From Ignavibacteriota bacterium (GTDB taxonomy: Bacteria; Bacteroidota; Ignavibacteria; Palsa-1295): a stretch of DNA of 64,000 nucleotides. The position numbers and the translations under genes are program-made. The stretch covers positions 896,001 through 960,000 of the forward strand of contig CAWBEI010000002.1 of NCBI GenBank assembly GCA_963787835.1, written 5' to 3'. The notes beneath the pieces are model-generated. The model searched no databases, had not been told where the DNA came from, and saw only the letters and a list, made by a program, of their open reading frames with translations. Shown in pieces: positions 38,306 to 47,377 of this stretch; within the stretch, counting starts at the first letter, position 1, and every line of letters starts with the position of its first letter.

Positions 38306-39520
38306 TTAGCGAACTTCCTCTCCGGAATGAGACCGTAAGAAAAGGATAATCATTCCCCCGGCAACCGAAAGTACCGCGCTATAGCCAAACGCAATAGCAG
38401 TCCCAAATGCCGACCATAGCACACCGACGACAATACTCGAAGCAAAATCGCCGACTCCATTCACCGTAGCGAGGGTTCCGAATGCCATTCCGTGATGTTC
38501 TTCGTTAACAAGTTCTGCAGAGAGTGAATCTTCGAGCGTTTCTTCGAGCGCAACGTTCGTTCCACCAAGGAAAAAGACAAGCGCCATTGTTGCCACACTT
38601 GGTGGAAGCACGATGATACAAACACACATCGCACCCGCCATGAGATAACCGATTGCGAGTAAGATGTTCTTGGGCATTCTATCCGCGAACCAACCTCCGA
38701 TGAACGCAAATCCGGCATAGCACACATTATGCAGAATGTAAAGCCCAACTGCGGCGCTTGCTGCGCCAGCCAGGCCAAGCGTAGGAGTTAACTTTTGTGC
38801 GGCGAGCAGGATGAGCATCGAGTGCGCAAATGCACCAAGACCAAATAGGCCAACGCCAACGAGCATTTTACGAAACTCCGTGGGTAGCAGCCGCAATCGC
38901 TCCCAAAATGGCATGGTTTTTACGGGTAACCGTTCTTTTTCTTTAACGACGAAAGCGATCATTCCTACGGCGATCAATCCGGGAATTAATGTGAGCGCAA
39001 ATACAATCGAATAATTGTGATTAAGAGCTCCGATGAGTACAAATGCACTCGTCGGTCCGACGATGGCGCCGAGCGTATCCATCATGCGCTCGAATCCGAA
39101 GGCACGTCCATACGTCTCCTTGGTGACGGCTGCCGCGAGAATGGCTTTCTTCACTGGACTGCGAACGCCACGCCCAAACCAGGCAAGCGAGCGGCCTATC
39201 AAAATGTGCCACGCTTTCGTAGCCAATCCGAACGAAGCAGTGCCAAGCGCTGTGATCAAATATCCAATGACCAAAATTGGCTTTCTACGCTGGAGCTTAT
39301 CCGTATAATAGCCAGAACCCATTTTGGTGAAGCTCGAAAGACCATCGGAGACTCCCTCGATCACACCGAGCCATGCTGCGGCCACGCCCATCGATGCAAG
39401 GAATGCAGGCAAAAGCGCCGTCGCAATCTCATGCGACATATCAGAAAACAGCGAAGCCAGCCCGATGCCAAGCACCGTGCGGTTCAGCCAATGAATTTTG
39501 CGATTAATGTTCGATGACAT
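38306..39520 (-). CDS. MFS transporter
   Basis: SLFSD-x-SHE, GRAFGFER-x-MDT-x-GA, 12 TM segments. Confidence 0.88.
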   Translation of the reverse strand: MSSNINRKIHWLNRTVLGIGLASLFSDMSHEIATALLPAFLASMGVAAAWLGVIEGVSDGLSSFTKMGSGYYTDKLQRRKPILVIGYLITALGTASFGLATKAWHILIGRSLAWFGRGVRSPVKKAILAAAVTKETYGRAFGFERMMDTLGAIVGPTSAFVLIGALNHNYSIVFALTLIPGLIAVGMIAFVVKEKERLPVKTMPFWERLRLLPTEFRKMLVGVGLFGLGAFAHSMLILLAAQKLTPTLGLAGAASAAVGLYILHNVCYAGFAFIGGWFADRMPKNILLAIGYLMAGAMCVCIIVLPPSVATMALVFFLGGTNVALEETLEDSLSAELVNEEHHGMAFGTLATVNGVGDFASSIVVGVLWSAFGTAIAFGYSAVLSVAGGMIILFLRSHSGEEVR

Positions 39521-39547
39521 GTTCTATGTCAAAGAACAGCACACCCA

Positions 39548-40204
39548 CTACTGCGGCTCCCGCTCGCCTCGCACCCATTGATAGACCAATGCTCCCAATA
39601 CCGCGCCAACCATCGGTGCGAGAATATAAAGCCAGAGCGTGCCCGTCGTCCCGCTTGCAATTGCGGGACCAAGCGAGCGAGCGGGGTTCATCGAATCACC
39701 GGTTATTGGCCCTCCCACGAGGGACTCCAGCATCACCGTGGCACCGATCACGAGACCCGCCAATGTTCCCACAGCTCGGGAATCCTTTGCCACACCCATG
39801 ACCACGAACATCAGGACGAACGTCAGGATCACTTCCCAAACAAACGTTTGCAGTAATGGTACATGTGGAACGGTTTCACCATATCCTATCCCATGAGGGA
39901 GCATGAGATATAAGAGGCAGCTGGCAGCACACGATCCGATACTCTGAGCCAGCCAATATTGCCAAACACTTTTGAACGGGAAATGTCGAGTGATAGCAAA
40001 GGCGAGTGTCACCGCAGGATTAAAATGCGCGCCGGAAATATGTCCCAACGTGTAAATCATGGCCATAACGATGAGACCAAATACTACCGAGATCGCGGCA
40101 GGAGAGACCGCACCTGGGAAGCGTTCCGCAACCATCATTGCGCCACAACCGAAAAAAACGATCCCGAACGTACCGATGCCTTCCGCAACCGCGCGTTTTA
40201 GCAT
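39548..40204 (-). CDS. MIP/aquaglyceroporin (probable arsenite channel)
   Basis: Two NPA motifs (HFNPA, SMNPA); directly downstream of arsC. Confidence 0.9.
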   Translation of the reverse strand: MLKRAVAEGIGTFGIVFFGCGAMMVAERFPGAVSPAAISVVFGLIVMAMIYTLGHISGAHFNPAVTLAFAITRHFPFKSVWQYWLAQSIGSCAASCLLYLMLPHGIGYGETVPHVPLLQTFVWEVILTFVLMFVVMGVAKDSRAVGTLAGLVIGATVMLESLVGGPITGDSMNPARSLGPAIASGTTGTLWLYILAPMVGAVLGALVYQWVRGEREPQ

Positions 40205-40205
40205 A

Positions 40206-40634
40206 TTACGCTACTGCCACGCATTCGACCGTGCACCACTCTTCGATCTTCTTCGCAATAGCATCCCGAACGGCTCGCGTCTGATCCACGCGCTCTTCCC
40301 AGGTACCGGTGAACGTGGAGGGATCCGGGAAATACCAGTGAAGCATTTTTGCGCTTGGAAAGATTGGGCATCGGTCCTCTGCCTCATGGCAAACTGTGAT
40401 CGCATACGCGAACAGCGTTCCACTCTTATAGACATCGAATGCCGAACGGGTCTGTTTACCGCTGATATCGATGCCCATCTCCTTCATTACTTCGATTGCA
40501 AGTGGGTTGATGACAGAGGGTTCCGTGCCGGCGCTTTCGGCTTCGAATTCATCGCCGCACATGCGGTTTAGCAGCGCAGCAGCCATCTGGCTGCGGGCGC
40601 TATTGTGAACGCAGAGGAATAATACTTTTTTCAT
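40206..40634 (-). CDS. arsC: Arsenate reductase, LMW-PTP type
   Basis: [14 protein letters not shown]...CP, W-x-x-x-DP. Confidence 0.9.
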   Translation of the reverse strand: MKKVLFLCVHNSARSQMAAALLNRMCGDEFEAESAGTEPSVINPLAIEVMKEMGIDISGKQTRSAFDVYKSGTLFAYAITVCHEAEDRCPIFPSAKMLHWYFPDPSTFTGTWEERVDQTRAVRDAIAKKIEEWCTVECVAVA

Positions 40635-40649
40635 AATGTTTTGATAAAA

Positions 40650-40673
40650 CTATATGCGCGTAAACGCATATAG
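40650..40673. promoter_or_regulatory. Palindromic operator, probably bound by ArsR
   Basis: CTATATGCG-N6-CGCATATAG between arsR and arsC. Confidence 0.6.
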
Positions 40674-40695
40674 CGGCACAACTTGTTCCTTCACT

Positions 40696-41049
40696 TCAGC
40701 AACTCCTCTTTATTCTGGCGAGATCTTCTTGAAGTTCCGGCTCTGTCTCAATAGCTTTTTTAACGATCGAAAGGATATGCTTTTGAGACGCTGAAACGGG
40801 TTTATTTAAGGAATAATAAACCCACAGTGCTTGCTTCCGTCCGGTAACAAGTCCCGCGTGACGTAAGATAGAAAGATGGCGGCTGACATTCGTTTGCGTA
40901 AGTCCGGTCGCATCAACAAGATCACATACGCATGTTTCTCCATTGTGTGCAATGAGCGAGGCCAGCCGAAGGCGTACGGGGTCGGCAACCGCTGAAAGCA
41001 GTTCAGTAAGTGATGCGCCAGCTTCGCCATTCGAAGAAATATCTCTCAT
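40696..41049 (-). CDS. arsR: ArsR family regulator
   Basis: ADPVRLR, CVCDL, VSRHL-x-x-L, WVYYSL; start placed at MRDIS (ATGA-coupled). Confidence 0.88.
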   Translation of the reverse strand: MRDISSNGEAGASLTELLSAVADPVRLRLASLIAHNGETCVCDLVDATGLTQTNVSRHLSILRHAGLVTGRKQALWVYYSLNKPVSASQKHILSIVKKAIETEPELQEDLARIKRSC

Positions 41050-41342
41050 GGTGTTTTTTCCCAAACATCGGCATAGTGTTCAGGATGCCGCTCAAACACA
41101 GTTTTAACGTACGGACATGCAGGAACGATCTTTAATGCGTGAGCGCGTGCATGATCTACCATCGCGGCAACCAGCTTAGCTGCAAGTCCCTTGCCACTGC
41201 CGGAGGGTAAGACTTCGGTATGAATCGCTGTCAGTATCGAACCGTGAATTCGAAAGACCAGAAAAGCGATTCGTTCGCCATTCTCCTCGATGAAGAATTC
41301 ACCTTCGCCGTGATTCCCGAATTTAATTTGAACTTCGCTCAT
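41046..41342 (-). CDS. GNAT family N-acetyltransferase (YjdJ-like)
   Basis: HTEV...GKGLA, IVPACPYV. Confidence 0.85.
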   Translation of the reverse strand: MSEVQIKFGNHGEGEFFIEENGERIAFLVFRIHGSILTAIHTEVLPSGSGKGLAAKLVAAMVDHARAHALKIVPACPYVKTVFERHPEHYADVWEKTP

Positions 41343-41357
41343 AAAAGCTTGCGCCAA

Positions 41358-42257
41358 TTATTGATAGATCACAGAACGCATGGAAAGCGAACCCATGCTG
41401 ACGCCTTCATTGAAAAAGCTCATCGTGTCCTTGGGGTTCCGAACAGCGATGGAATAGAGAAGCGGCAAATAGTGATCATACGTAGGATGCGCGAGCCGAG
41501 CAATGTCGCCTAATTTCTGGAATCCGGCGAGTGCGTTATCGTCGTGATCGACGAGGTGCTTTTCGACCCATGCATCGAATTCTTCCGCCCACGTATAGTT
41601 TGGGCCTCCATCCCATTTGATTGCGCGCAGATTATGCACGATGTTCCCACTGCCGATTATCATAACGCCTTTTTCTCTCAGCCCGGCAAGCGATCTTGCG
41701 AATTCCAGATGTTGTTCGGGAGGCATTCGGTAGTCGAGGCTTAGTTGTACGACGGGAATATCCGCATTCGGATACATTTGCTTGAGCACGCTCCAGGTTC
41801 CGTGATCGAACCCCCATTCATCATCGAGCAGAATATGTTTTGGCTGCACGATCGCCTGCGTTTCGCTCGCAAGCGCAGGAGAACCCGGTGCGGGGTATTG
41901 AGCATCAAATAATTCCTGAGGAAACCCGCCGAAATCATGGATGGTCTTCGGATGCTCCATTGCGGTAACACGAATATCGCCGCGCGTAAGCCAGTGAGCG
42001 GAAATACTAAGGATTGCCTGCGGCCTGGGAAGTTCTTTGCCAATTTTTCTCCATTCGAGGGAGTATTCGTTCTCTTCGATGGCATTCATCGGGCTGCCAT
42101 GCCCCACGAAAAGCGCCGGCATCCGCTCGGTGCTTTTAATCGCGCGTACATCCAGGCCCAATAAGCCTTCCAGCTCTCTAACGCCCGCCGTCGCCTTATG
42201 CCCCGCTCCGACGAGCGCCGCTCCTGCTGCTGTTGCCATAAATGCTCTCCTGTCCAT
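41358..42257 (-). CDS. ygiD: 4,5-DOPA extradiol dioxygenase family
   Basis: FVGHGSPMNAI, ISAHW, DHGTW, GSGNIVHNL, HPT-x-DHYLPL. Confidence 0.9.
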   Translation of the reverse strand: MDRRAFMATAAGAALVGAGHKATAGVRELEGLLGLDVRAIKSTERMPALFVGHGSPMNAIEENEYSLEWRKIGKELPRPQAILSISAHWLTRGDIRVTAMEHPKTIHDFGGFPQELFDAQYPAPGSPALASETQAIVQPKHILLDDEWGFDHGTWSVLKQMYPNADIPVVQLSLDYRMPPEQHLEFARSLAGLREKGVMIIGSGNIVHNLRAIKWDGGPNYTWAEEFDAWVEKHLVDHDDNALAGFQKLGDIARLAHPTYDHYLPLLYSIAVRNPKDTMSFFNEGVSMGSLSMRSVIYQ

Positions 42258-42345
42258 AAATATATCTGACCTCTTGAAGACATACGAAATTGAAAAATAT
42301 CTGTTTCAACAACTATCCACTCCTCCACTATCCACTACCAAAAAG

Positions 42346-42419
42346 TGGCCTCGGCAGGACTCGAACCTGCGACACCCAGTTTAGGAAACTGATGTTCTAT
42401 CCAACTGAACTACGAGGCC
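42346..42419 (-). tRNA. tRNA-Arg(CCT)
   Basis: Acceptor stem GGCCTCG/CGAGGCC, anticodon loop TTCCTAA, T-arm GCAGGTTCGAGTCCTGC; CCA not encoded. Confidence 0.95.
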
Positions 42420-42420
42420 A

Positions 42421-42459
42421 AATTGTAATTACGAATGACGAATTAATAATTACGAATTG
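42421..42459. repeat. Heptamer array (ACGAATT-like)
   Basis: AATTGTAATTACGAATGACGAATTAATAATTACGAATT. Confidence 0.55.
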
Positions 42460-42502
42460 GGGGAACAGTATCTGAGTCACTACGATTTCAAAAGGATCAA
42501 TA

Positions 42503-43522
42503 ATGAAAAGTACTTTAATTACAGTCCGAATAATCTTCTTTGTATTATCCATTGTTGCAATTGGAGGATGTTCCCATAAGCACGCGGCGCCCACGTCTGG
42601 ATCGTGGAGCAGTGCTTCCGATTCTGGCTTTGCACCTCGCGTATGGTTCACCACGAGCGTCGTTAATGGCAAGATCTACGCGATCGGTGGGTTTGGCGAT
42701 AGCTTGCTTTCAACAACGGTGGATGTTTTCGATCCGGCAACGAATAAATGGAACACCCTTGTCACGACCGGAACGTTCACGCCGCGTGGGAGCCTCGCCT
42801 CAGCAGTGGTGAATGGCAAGATCTATGTCGTGGGCGGAATGACCGGACCGGAAACACCGGATCACATGAGCAACGCGCTGGAGATATTCGATCCTCAAAC
42901 AAATGCGTGGAGCACCCCTGCAACTAAGGGAACCTTCACGCCGCGCAACAATCTCTGTGCATGTGTGATCGATGGGAAAATTTATACGATGGGCGGCTTC
43001 GATGCCAGTAACGATATTAATACGTTCGAAGTCTTCGACACCACGACGAACACATGGAGCACTCCGAACGCTCATGGTACATTTTCACCGCGTGGTGCAT
43101 TTACTGCCCATGCCATCGATGGGAAGATCTACGCGATCGGCGGGTTCAACAATCTTGCAGCAAAAGGTCACCGCGTGGTGAGTCAGGTCGATGTGTTCGA
43201 TCCTTCAACAAACACCTGGAGCACACCTGTTACAACTGGAACCTTTACTGCGCGGCTGCTGCATACCTCCGGCGTCATCGATGGCAAAATTTACGTGATC
43301 GGTGGGACGCCGAATATACGCGATCCTCTTACCACTAACACCGTCCAGATCTTTGACCCTGAAACGAATGCTTGGAGCACACCCACAACGACGGGAACGT
43401 TCACTCCCCGCTCCTATCTCTCATCTGGTGTTGTTGACAACAAGATCTATGTGCTTGGCGGGCAAGATACGAGCCGTGTTATGAATGTGAACGAGGTGTT
43501 CACGCCAAAACTGGAGAACTAA
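42503..43522 (+). CDS. Kelch-repeat lipoprotein
   Basis: Lipobox IGGC; six repeats of GKIY-x-x-GG...FDP-x-TN-x-W. Confidence 0.92.
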   Translation: MKSTLITVRIIFFVLSIVAIGGCSHKHAAPTSGSWSSASDSGFAPRVWFTTSVVNGKIYAIGGFGDSLLSTTVDVFDPATNKWNTLVTTGTFTPRGSLASAVVNGKIYVVGGMTGPETPDHMSNALEIFDPQTNAWSTPATKGTFTPRNNLCACVIDGKIYTMGGFDASNDINTFEVFDTTTNTWSTPNAHGTFSPRGAFTAHAIDGKIYAIGGFNNLAAKGHRVVSQVDVFDPSTNTWSTPVTTGTFTARLLHTSGVIDGKIYVIGGTPNIRDPLTTNTVQIFDPETNAWSTPTTTGTFTPRSYLSSGVVDNKIYVLGGQDTSRVMNVNEVFTPKLEN

Positions 43523-43542
43523 ACTTCGATACCAAATGGACC

Positions 43543-43623
43543 GTATAGAACAGGCTTTCAGCCCGAGTGCATGAACATAACAACGGACTAAAATCCCGCC
43601 AACAGGCTGAAAGACTGTGCTAC
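43543..43623. repeat. Degenerate GTAG-type REP doublet
   Basis: AGAACAGGCTTTCAGCC ... GGCTGAAAGACTGTGCTAC. Confidence 0.6.
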
Positions 43624-43994
43624 ACGATGAACGCATGCTCCGCCTCCCTCACGGTCGGAAATATCTGAAAGACGATCGGGAAACCAAGCAGATCGAGTAC
43701 ATGGAAGATCTTTTCTGGGAGCGCGGCAAGCTTCATATCGCCGCCAATGGCGCGGACTTCCTCGATGAGTCCCATGAGCACACCCAGTCCGGCGCTGGAG
43801 ATATATTCGAGATCGTGGAAATCGAGGACGAGTTGCCGCTTGCCTTCATCGCGCACCACACGCTCTAAGAATCGCTCAAATTCCGAGGCAGTGTGCGCAT
43901 CGAGCTGGCCGGCAAGTTCTATGACGGTAACAGTTGATGCCGTCACCGATGCCTCGGATACGGAAAAACGTGATTGATTATTTTGTACTTGCAT
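43620..43994 (-). CDS. STAS anti-sigma-factor antagonist
   Basis: G-x-LDA-x-TA, LEYISSAGLG. Confidence 0.92.
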   Translation of the reverse strand: MQVQNNQSRFSVSEASVTASTVTVIELAGQLDAHTASEFERFLERVVRDEGKRQLVLDFHDLEYISSAGLGVLMGLIEEVRAIGGDMKLAALPEKIFHVLDLLGFPIVFQIFPTVREAEHAFIV

Positions 43995-44019
43995 AATTAT
44001 TGATCGTTACTCGGTACGC

Positions 44020-46269
44020 TTATAAACATCGCATGACTACCAGCGTCGCATCGTCATCAAAATTCCCAGAATCGGTGAACTCGGCAACCGAAGCGAGAAC
44101 TTTTAACGTCATGTCGCGTGCACGAGGAATGTCGAGATTTTCCCGAACATACCTCGCAAGGCGATCGTAGCCAAGCTCATGACCCTCTGCATTACGTGCA
44201 TCAGTGATACCATCGCTGAAAAGAACGAGCACATCGCCCGGAAGTACATCGATTGCGATCTCTTCAAGCGCCTCGACAAATATGGCTTGGCGAATCAGCC
44301 CGACGGCCATCCCGACCGGCTGCAGGAAACGGTACGTCCCATCGGCCCGAACATGCAGCAGAGGCGTATGCCCGGCGCGTGCATAGCGAACTCCTTTTTT
44401 TCCAAATGAAACGAGTCCCAGTGTTACGAACGAACGGCGCAGCGAAGTCAGCGATGGGGAATTGTGCAGAAGCGCACCGTTCGTGCCTTCGAGAAGTTCC
44501 GCCATGCTTGCCATGACAGGCGCAAGCGCCTGCACGACGCCTTTTGTTTCCGCCATATACAGCGATGCAGAGATTCCCTTGCCGGATACATCGCCGATCG
44601 CGATCATGGGTGAACCGTCCCACAGGGTGGAAAAATCGTAGTAATCTCCGCCTACATCGTAGGCTGGAATGCTAATAGCATAAATATCGAAACCGGGCAC
44701 ATCTGGGAACCGCTCGGGCAACAAGCTTTTTTGCATGACGCGAGCGGCGCGGAGTTCACCATCGAATTTCTGTTTTTCAACGGAATCCTGCACCAGGCTG
44801 GCCGTTTCCAGCGCGAGCGATGCGACATCACTGAACGCAGTAAGCACGGTTAGATCGTCATCATCAAACCCATCTTCACGGTGCTTGGCAAGATAAAGAC
44901 CACCGCGCACTTCGTTCTTGTGCATCAGCGGGACGGCAACCATCGAGTTCAGGACTTTATTTTCTTTAATTTCTCCGGATGGCGGAAAGATATATTGCCT
45001 GTCACTGATCCGCTTTCGAATAATGAACGGCTTTCTGGATCGTTCGAGCTCGCCTCGCGGTGAGGGAACTTGCAGTTCTGCGTTTGCAAATCCTTCTGCC
45101 TCTTCCATGATGCTTGCCGCCGCTTGTTCACCGATATTCGTGTACGAGCGTATGAATTCATCATTTCCTAATCCTCCGGCGAGAAACCCGGAAGTACCAT
45201 TCTCCGAATTCGATCTCAATTCGAGCCATGCGGAATCCGATTCCGTTGCTTCTGCGGCAAGCATGGTTATTTGCTCGGCAAGCTTTGGAAGGTCGAGAAG
45301 TAATTCGCTCGACAGAATATCCGATGAGAATCTGGTGAGCTTCGCCAGCGATTGGACCTCTGCGGATTTCCGTTCTACAAGATCTGTTGAGGATAACGTG
45401 AATAGCGCGCTAAAAAACACGAGCGTAAAATAGATCGCGAGTGTTGCGAAGGTCGTAAGCGCAATGCCATGCCAAAAAAGCGCGTACCGCTCGAACAGCA
45501 CATCGGCCTTTAGCCAATCCCAGTCCCTCCCGAACGCAAGCAATGCGGCGATCGCAAGTATCGTGTTAATCGCCGCGAACAGTAGCAAGCGTCGTTTCCC
45601 CTCACGAGTAACTCTCGGAAGCCAGGGTAGCCGGTATCCGAGCAGTAATGCAGCTACCCCTACCAGCAGCATGATGGAGAATAGTATCGAAGTTGTCAGC
45701 GTAGTGGTTGGCACCACGTTCTCGCCCTGCCATAAACTTCCCAAACTTACAGCACCCACCGCAATAGCCCATCCGATAAACCTTCTTCGCGAAAACCGTG
45801 GCGATTGCCGTACTTGTGCAAGCTGCCAGAAGCTTAGCAGTAGCACCACGAGCATGATCAGCCAAAAAAGGCCCATAATGTCGATCGAGATCACCGTCGA
45901 AAACGATTTTGCTTCGATCTTAAAGGGACTCGAGGCTGGGAGCTCACGTGTTGAGATCCGGAATAAAAAGGGTACCAGCGAGAACAAAACCGCTCCCGTT
46001 AGCACAGCGGCGAAACGTTCGGTAAGACGAACTGGCCAATCTGCCGACATTCGCGACTCTTCCATGATACTGACCGAAGAAGTTCGGAAGAACAACACTT
46101 CCAGAGCGCGCGCGAACCAAAGCATGGCTGCTCCCTGCACGCCGGCACGAATGAGTTCCAGCATCGCACCCTGCATCGCGGTGGTAGAAAGTGCCACGAT
46201 GTCAAGCACTAACAGCGCTGATAGGATCAGCACCGCTAAGACCATGTAAAAAAGTGCTCTCGTACGCAT
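44020..46269 (-). CDS. Membrane GAF + PP2C (SpoIIE/RsbU) phosphatase
   Basis: N-terminal TM segments; VGGDYYD, GDVSGKG, SDGIT, DDAT. Confidence 0.9.
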   Translation of the reverse strand: MRTRALFYMVLAVLILSALLVLDIVALSTTAMQGAMLELIRAGVQGAAMLWFARALEVLFFRTSSVSIMEESRMSADWPVRLTERFAAVLTGAVLFSLVPFLFRISTRELPASSPFKIEAKSFSTVISIDIMGLFWLIMLVVLLLSFWQLAQVRQSPRFSRRRFIGWAIAVGAVSLGSLWQGENVVPTTTLTTSILFSIMLLVGVAALLLGYRLPWLPRVTREGKRRLLLFAAINTILAIAALLAFGRDWDWLKADVLFERYALFWHGIALTTFATLAIYFTLVFFSALFTLSSTDLVERKSAEVQSLAKLTRFSSDILSSELLLDLPKLAEQITMLAAEATESDSAWLELRSNSENGTSGFLAGGLGNDEFIRSYTNIGEQAAASIMEEAEGFANAELQVPSPRGELERSRKPFIIRKRISDRQYIFPPSGEIKENKVLNSMVAVPLMHKNEVRGGLYLAKHREDGFDDDDLTVLTAFSDVASLALETASLVQDSVEKQKFDGELRAARVMQKSLLPERFPDVPGFDIYAISIPAYDVGGDYYDFSTLWDGSPMIAIGDVSGKGISASLYMAETKGVVQALAPVMASMAELLEGTNGALLHNSPSLTSLRRSFVTLGLVSFGKKGVRYARAGHTPLLHVRADGTYRFLQPVGMAVGLIRQAIFVEALEEIAIDVLPGDVLVLFSDGITDARNAEGHELGYDRLARYVRENLDIPRARDMTLKVLASVAEFTDSGNFDDDATLVVMRCL

Positions 46270-46386
46270 TGATGGCTTTTGAGGAGGTTATCTGTAAAAC
46301 GGAGCGTCTTGAAGATTCATCACCATCTCACCTACAAATTAATTACTTCAGAAGAACAGTCCTCGAATGTTTGAGGTTTGCAGGGT

Positions 46387-47211
46387 ATGCGTTCTTTCGA
46401 TCCTGACCTTACCTCGCATCAAGAGATCCACCGATTGCTGGTGGGCGGCGTAGCGCCCAGACCTATCGCACTTGTTTCTTCGCTGAACAAGGATGGGGCG
46501 AGTAACCTTTCGCCGTTCAGCTTTTTTAACGTCTTCGGGGTGAACCCAGCGGTGCTTACTTTTAGCCCGGCATATTCCGGGAAGACGGGTATGCCGAAGC
46601 ATACGATGCTCAACATTCTGGAGACGCGCGAATGCACGGTCTCCATCGTCACCTATGACATGGTCCACCAAATCTCGCTTGCTTCTGCACCGTACGACCG
46701 GAGTGTTGATGAGTTTACAAAATCCGGATTATCGAAACGTCCCAGTGTCAAGGTTGCTCCACCGGGGGTTGCGGAAAGCCCCTTCATCATGGAGGCAAAA
46801 CTGCTCGATCATATTGACTTTGGCAGACAACCGGGCAGCGCTAATCTCATGATCTGTGAGGTGGTGATGGTGCATGTGAACGAAAAAGTTCTTACTGAGC
46901 ATGGCGGGATCGATCCGCTTCTGATCGATCAAGTGGCACGATTGGGTGGCGCTTATTATACTCGAGCCAAACGTGGCATCTTTGCGCTGCCACAGCCTGG
47001 TAAACCACTTGCCGGAATCGATCGCCTTCCAGAAGAGGTTCGTTCCAGCCCGATCCTTACTGGGCGACATTTAGCTCAGCTTGCAAGCCTGGAAGACATC
47101 CCATTTGATTTTGTTGAAGATGATGCCACCATCGATGCCCGCCACAACGCCGCGCGTGAGCATCTCGATAATGGTGATGTTGCCGCAGCCTGGCGCGCGC
47201 TTGCTGGATAA
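46387..47211 (+). CDS. Flavin reductase (DIM6/NTAB) family protein
   Basis: VAPRPIA, NLSPFSFFN, VARLGG-x-x-Y. Confidence 0.88.
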   Translation: MRSFDPDLTSHQEIHRLLVGGVAPRPIALVSSLNKDGASNLSPFSFFNVFGVNPAVLTFSPAYSGKTGMPKHTMLNILETRECTVSIVTYDMVHQISLASAPYDRSVDEFTKSGLSKRPSVKVAPPGVAESPFIMEAKLLDHIDFGRQPGSANLMICEVVMVHVNEKVLTEHGGIDPLLIDQVARLGGAYYTRAKRGIFALPQPGKPLAGIDRLPEEVRSSPILTGRHLAQLASLEDIPFDFVEDDATIDARHNAAREHLDNGDVAAAWRALAG

Positions 47212-47256
47212 AGGATCGCAAACTAAAGTTTGCGCTACACCTCTTTAAAACACCTG

Positions 47257-47360
47257 ACCCCGCCGCTCCGAATTAGAGCGGCGGGGCCGGTGTGAACTCT
47301 CTCTGACGTTAGTGTATAAAATTTGTAGAACCCTCCACGGATGATCGCTCATCCGTGGAG
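47257..47360. terminator. Two hairpins between convergent genes
   Basis: CCCCGCCGCTC/GAGCGGCGGGG and CTCCACGGATGA/TCATCCGTGGAG. Confidence 0.55.
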
Positions 47361-47377
47361 TTGGTTCCAATCTTTAA

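Noticed and set aside
42258-42345. tRNA-Arg as an integration site
   Set aside because: No integrase and no duplicated tRNA 3' end seen in the window
42580-43500. Periodic DNA similarity, possible CRISPR array
   Set aside because: Kelch protein repeats; there are no identical repeats with unique spacers and no cas genes
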